Shown: positions 16,870-20,614 of the stretch, in pieces
Layout of the letters: each line of letters opens with the position of its first letter
Numbering within the stretch: position 1 is the first letter of the stretch
Program-made: the position numbers and the translations under genes
Notes under the pieces: model-generated
The model's input: only the letters and a program-made list of their open reading frames with translations
Told to the model about the DNA's origin: nothing
Database searches by the model: none
Origin: Candidatus Thorarchaeota archaeon SMTZ1-45
Lineage (GTDB): Archaea; Asgardarchaeota; Thorarchaeia; Thorarchaeales; Thorarchaeaceae
Length of the DNA stretch: 20,614 bases
Assembly: GCA_001563335.1 (NCBI GenBank)
Contig: LRSL01000046.1
Location: 1 to 20,614, forward strand
Direction: 5' to 3'

Positions 16870-18288
16870 ATGTCGGATCGTGAAGACCATCAGCTGGGAG
16901 GCACTCCCGATTCACCCGACATGGAGAAAGAAACAAAACGATTAATGGATGAAGCTATTGCTAAGGAGTTTGCCACCTCGGACACTGATGAAACGACAAC
17001 AGCTCAGATTGATGTGACATTCCAAAGACTTCAAACAAGAATGGAGGACCTTCTTTCAACTATAGAGGATACGCTAAAAGCAGTCGGTCCTGATTTGGAT
17101 GTCAAGACCGTACAAATAGTTGAATCACTAAATAAAAAACTAGCAAATGCAGGTTTAGGAGTGTTCGCAACGCGAGCTGCAAAGATTGTCAAGGACGAAC
17201 TTGAATCCGAACTCTCTGTGGACGATGTGTTCAAACCCGTCCATGAAGTCATTGAGAAGAGTCGTGCTAAAATTGTAGACATTATTGAAAAGACAACAAA
17301 AGGTGCAGCTCGTAATGTGGAACAATCAACTGGTAGTTTACAAGCCAAGCTTTTACAAATGTACGTCAAGCTTGGAGAGGTGGATAAGCAGCTTGAAATT
17401 ACTCGTAGTGAAGTACGCAAATGGCGTGGAAAAGCCAACGAGTTGGAAGAACTGATGAAGCAAAGGGAAAATCTGATGACACAATCAAGTGAAGAGATAT
17501 TCCGTATGCATGAAAGTATCAAGGAACTTAATATACAACTACAAGAAAAGGATGACACTATCTCTGAATTGAAAGGTGAATTGGGTCAGGCAAGAGCTCA
17601 AGCGGAACAACAACAGGATCTATTGAAGGCCCTTAATTCTGCAGAACAAGTAGCAGCTAATTATGAAGCTAAAGTGTTAGAATTGTCGCAAATACAGGGT
17701 CAGCTTGTACAGGCAACTGAACAATTAGGTCAAAAAGATGATGAACTATCAGCTCTTCGAACAGAATTGGAACGAATTACTCAAGAGAAGATGTCTGCTG
17801 ACTCTCAGATTAGTGAGATGTCTGAAAAACTTGCTTTGCTAATGGGTTCTGAGAGGGACTATCAGGCTGAAGTTGATGGAATGAATACACGTGTGGCTGA
17901 ATTGCAAGCTCGATGGGATGCACTTTATCGGATAGCTGAAGATGATCCAACATTCAAGGCGTATTTCCTCATTGCTGATAAAACACAATGGTTCCAGCTA
18001 TCGCATCTCTCATCTGCGCTAGGTATTCCAACAGTACTCCTTAAACGAAATCTCCAGAAATTCGTTGATGTAGGCCTCTTGGAGATTAATGGTGATAGAA
18101 TCCGCCCTCGAAGTTTCTCAAATTTGATTAAAGATATGAAATCATCTGACGAAGAACTGATCAGGAGTGCTCAGACTGAATCTGATGAGAAAGAAACTGA
18201 ATCAATTGAATCTAAGGATTCACTCATATCTACTCCTGAATATACCCGCCCAGAGAAGGGCGATGATTATGAACAGGATGGAAGATAG
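16870..18288 (+). CDS. Long coiled-coil protein with a C-terminal winged-helix-like domain and acidic tail
   Basis: AAGGTGAGG RBS; about 200 residues of continuous heptads (approx. nt 17335-17940); DDPTFKAYFLIA...LSHLSSALGIPTVLLKRNLQKFVDVGLLEINGDRI winged-helix pattern; no Walker A motif. Confidence 0.8.
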   Translation: MSDREDHQLGGTPDSPDMEKETKRLMDEAIAKEFATSDTDETTTAQIDVTFQRLQTRMEDLLSTIEDTLKAVGPDLDVKTVQIVESLNKKLANAGLGVFATRAAKIVKDELESELSVDDVFKPVHEVIEKSRAKIVDIIEKTTKGAARNVEQSTGSLQAKLLQMYVKLGEVDKQLEITRSEVRKWRGKANELEELMKQRENLMTQSSEEIFRMHESIKELNIQLQEKDDTISELKGELGQARAQAEQQQDLLKALNSAEQVAANYEAKVLELSQIQGQLVQATEQLGQKDDELSALRTELERITQEKMSADSQISEMSEKLALLMGSERDYQAEVDGMNTRVAELQARWDALYRIAEDDPTFKAYFLIADKTQWFQLSHLSSALGIPTVLLKRNLQKFVDVGLLEINGDRIRPRSFSNLIKDMKSSDEELIRSAQTESDEKETESIESKDSLISTPEYTRPEKGDDYEQDGR

Positions 18289-18631
18289 TTTGGTTAAGAC
18301 ATTGGATGAAGTTATGCACTTCCTTGAGAACTATACAATTGCCTGGCATCATTGGTTGTTGATCCTTTCACTATTAAAGTTGGGTGGGAGCGGTACAAAA
18401 GCACAGATACTCCCTGTTTACAAACGAGAGGGATTTTCACCACATGCTATTGATAAGGTCTTCCAGATGGATTTGGAAGATTTGGGGGCAGCTATTGAAG
18501 TTGAAGGAGGCATCAAAAACTTAGACGAGCATTCAACTATCTACCTTACGGAAGATCCTAATTTTAGGAAGTTTTTGAAAAAAAACCTCAGAGATGTCGT
18601 CAGAAAATTCAAGACGCAAACGAGAGATTGA
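18278..18631 (+). CDS. Small hypothetical protein (117 aa), winged-helix-like
   Basis: Probable ATG at 18278 overlaps the end of the upstream gene by 11 nt; LILSLLKLGGSGTKAQILPVY...VFQMDLEDLGAAIEVEG...TIYLT fits a helix-turn-helix plus wing. Confidence 0.65.
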   Translation: MEDSLVKTLDEVMHFLENYTIAWHHWLLILSLLKLGGSGTKAQILPVYKREGFSPHAIDKVFQMDLEDLGAAIEVEGGIKNLDEHSTIYLTEDPNFRKFLKKNLRDVVRKFKTQTRD

Positions 18632-18639
18632 TGACTTCA

Positions 18640-18697
18640 AGTTTCCAATTGTTTCTTAATTCATCCACAATTATCTTATTTTAACTCTTCAATCTTT
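18640..18697 (+). terminator. Possible archaeal T-rich intrinsic terminator region
   Basis: Pyrimidine/T-rich tract (TTTCCAATTGTTTCTT...TCTTATTTTAACTCTTCAATCTTT) right after the last gene of the cluster. Confidence 0.3.
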
Positions 18698-18859
18698 ACG
18701 AATGAAAATGTTCGATATCGGACATATCAAGCTGCCTTAAGAATATCAGTGTAGGAACATACGATCTTGTCTCAGGTCCTGGCAAGAGAGTAGGGTGTTA
18801 TTCTAAACACACATCGTGGGTGTTTGCGAGCGGCTATATAATCATTGGACGGTCCCACA

Positions 18860-20614
18860 ATGAAGAGGAATTTGATTATCCCAGTTGTAATATTCATAGT
18901 CCTTAGTTTTTGCACACTTTGTACAACTATTGATTCTAATGAGTTGGAAATATTATCTATTAACCAGCAAATCTTCACAGTGTCTGGAGTTGGTGATGAC
19001 ATTGAAGACTATGTGGACCAACTCTCGAATATGCATACTCCTACAGACAAAGGTACACATTCTTCCTTCGTTAATCTACAATCATTCGACGCAGCGATGG
19101 ATACTCTTACTGAGTTGGATGTTGGTGATCCTACTATCAACGAATATCTCTATGTTGATGGTTTTTCTGGTACACATCAATGGGGTTTGACAGGAACTTC
19201 TCCATATTTAGATGCGGTGGATGGATCAAGTTACATATCAACAAACACTGACGGTTTTATAGATGAATGGTACACCTTCACTGATACTACGGGTAACTCT
19301 GGAGCTTTTTCTGTAAATGCGAGTGTCTACTTTATCTCAACAGATGGCAATGATGACTATTATTGGGAGATTGATTGGACAGATGATGGCGTTGCTGATG
19401 CCAGTGGTACAGTCGCGAATCCCGGTTCTGCTGCATGGAGTGATTTGGGTGTAATCTCAGGATTAGACACACCAGCAGAAGTTAATGCCGCTCGGTTGTC
19501 AATTCAATACTCAGCTCAAGGAGGTGCTGGTATAATGTCTGTTGATGCCGCCCGGCTTGGTGTTTATCATCTTGGTACTGGAAATGACTTTGAACTTGAC
19601 CTAGAAGTTGGATGGACCGCAGCTGACTTCGATGAGCTTAACGAGTATCTTTGTATCTATGCTGGGACTCAGGATTCAGAAGCTTTGATGGTCGATGTAT
19701 GGAATGGGGCATCTTGGGCCAATGTCATTGCTGATCTTGTTGCTAATCAGTGGAATAATGTTAGTGTCAGTTCATATCTCACAAGCTCATCTTTCGAGAT
19801 TCGATTTATTGATGCAAATCAAGCAAATGAGGGAACACTAGACACTTGGAATGTCGATGCAGTCTTACTTCATACTTGGACTCCCAGCTATATACCTGCA
19901 AATGATCAAGCACCTACTTTGGACAATCCAAGTGACACAGATAACATGTATGCCCAATATCTTGAGTATGAGGTTACAGTGTATGTGTCTGATCAGAATG
20001 GTTTTGCTGATATTGACTACTTGGAGATTGGATTGTGGGACGACACCCAGACCACAGAGTATTGTAGATTCAGGTACGATGAGGATACGAATGCTTTCAC
20101 AGAGGAATATGATGCTGGAACCTATGTGACTCTAAACACAGGAAGTTCCACTGCAACAGAGAGCGGCAATGATATCGATGCGACGTTCTATATTACTGTA
20201 GACTGGGACTTTCCTGACTCAACTGATTTGGATGCCAGATGCTATGTTATTGATACACAAACCGAGTCTGCAACTACATGGTATGAGGTCAATTGGGATG
20301 TTGAAACCAGACTTGATTTTTCAGTAGCTCCGAGCATTGATGATGGTTCAGGGACCGTAGACAGAGGTGACCTTGATGGGTCTTTCTCATTGACTGGTAC
20401 AATAATTTACTATACCTCCACAGATGACTATCCCTCCTCCACAGCAGTTGATGTTTGGGTGGCTGCCTCCGAGTACGGTACTACTGCAGGTCCGTGGAGC
20501 GATCTGACTCTTACTTCAGGTGCTTTTGATGTTACATGCTATGCTGATGATGTCGTTGGACAAGATACTTACACAATAAAGGTAGTTGAAGAAGGCGCAG
20601 GAGCAGGAGGAACT
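18860..20614 (+). CDS. Secreted/surface acidic beta-rich protein, 3'-truncated by the window edge (at least 585 aa; absent from the ORF track)
   Basis: Manual translation from ATG 18860 gives MKRNLIIPVVIFIVLSFCTLCTT (signal peptide)...EDYVDQLSNMHTPTDKGTHSSF...FELDLEVGWTAADFDELNEYLCIY...EALMVDVWNGASW...NQWNNVSVSSYLTSSSFEIRFID...YEVTVYVSDQNGFADIDYLEI...TYTIKVVEEGAGAGGT, with no stop seen before the window end. Confidence 0.85.
   Translation, partial: MKRNLIIPVVIFIVLSFCTLCTTIDSNELEILSINQQIFTVSGVGDDIEDYVDQLSNMHTPTDKGTHSSFVNLQSFDAAMDTLTELDVGDPTINEYLYVDGFSGTHQWGLTGTSPYLDAVDGSSYISTNTDGFIDEWYTFTDTTGNSGAFSVNASVYFISTDGNDDYYWEIDWTDDGVADASGTVANPGSAAWSDLGVISGLDTPAEVNAARLSIQYSAQGGAGIMSVDAARLGVYHLGTGNDFELDLEVGWTAADFDELNEYLCIYAGTQDSEALMVDVWNGASWANVIADLVANQWNNVSVSSYLTSSSFEIRFIDANQANEGTLDTWNVDAVLLHTWTPSYIPANDQAPTLDNPSDTDNMYAQYLEYEVTVYVSDQNGFADIDYLEIGLWDDTQTTEYCRFRYDEDTNAFTEEYDAGTYVTLNTGSSTATESGNDIDATFYITVDWDFPDSTDLDARCYVIDTQTESATTWYEVNWDVETRLDFSVAPSIDDGSGTVDRGDLDGSFSLTGTIIYYTSTDDYPSSTAVDVWVAASEYGTTAGPWSDLTLTSGAFDVTCYADDVVGQDTYTIKVVEEGAGAGGT

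Noticed and set aside
16870-18288. SMC/Rad50 or ESCRT-III assignment for the long coiled-coil protein
   Set aside because: No Walker A/B or signature motif, no hinge or zinc hook, and no recognisable Snf7 pattern; only generic heptads.
18772-20129. Short track ORFs 18772-19002, 18930-19190 and 19851-20129
   Set aside because: Out-of-frame or antisense to the long open frame starting at 18860.
1-20614. CRISPR array, tRNA/rRNA, transposase/integrase or nucleotide-level tandem repeats
   Set aside because: None recognised by eye; the repeats found are degenerate protein-level repeats only.

Overview
Archaeal window, most likely from an Asgard archaeon (Thorarchaeia-like). This assignment is inferred from the gene repertoire, GGAGGTGG/AGGTGA ribosome-binding sites and Asn-rich single-pass surface proteins. 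Left part: a membrane-anchored beta-helix (NosD/CASH-like) surface protein, a protein with a PARP-type zinc finger, a small divergent ORF, and a three-gene metabolic operon (PycB/OadA-type carboxyltransferase with an extra tail, stand-alone biotin carrier, thiolase-fold protein lacking its catalytic cysteines). The centre (6675-18631) is a co-oriented, mostly tightly coupled seven-gene cluster. It encodes a longin/uDENN-like plus tandem winged-helix protein, a 2363-aa single-pass surface protein with a long acidic cytoplasmic tail, a longin-Arf-like GTPase fusion, a coiled-coil protein, a small amphipathic-helix/helical-hairpin protein, a long coiled-coil/winged-helix protein and a small winged-helix-like protein. 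This cluster is the best candidate for an undescribed system: a receptor-coupled small-GTPase membrane module built from eukaryote-like parts. A further secreted protein missing from the ORF track starts at 18860 and runs off the window. No rRNA, tRNA, CRISPR array or mobile element was recognised. All domain calls are by-eye motif recognition, not database results.
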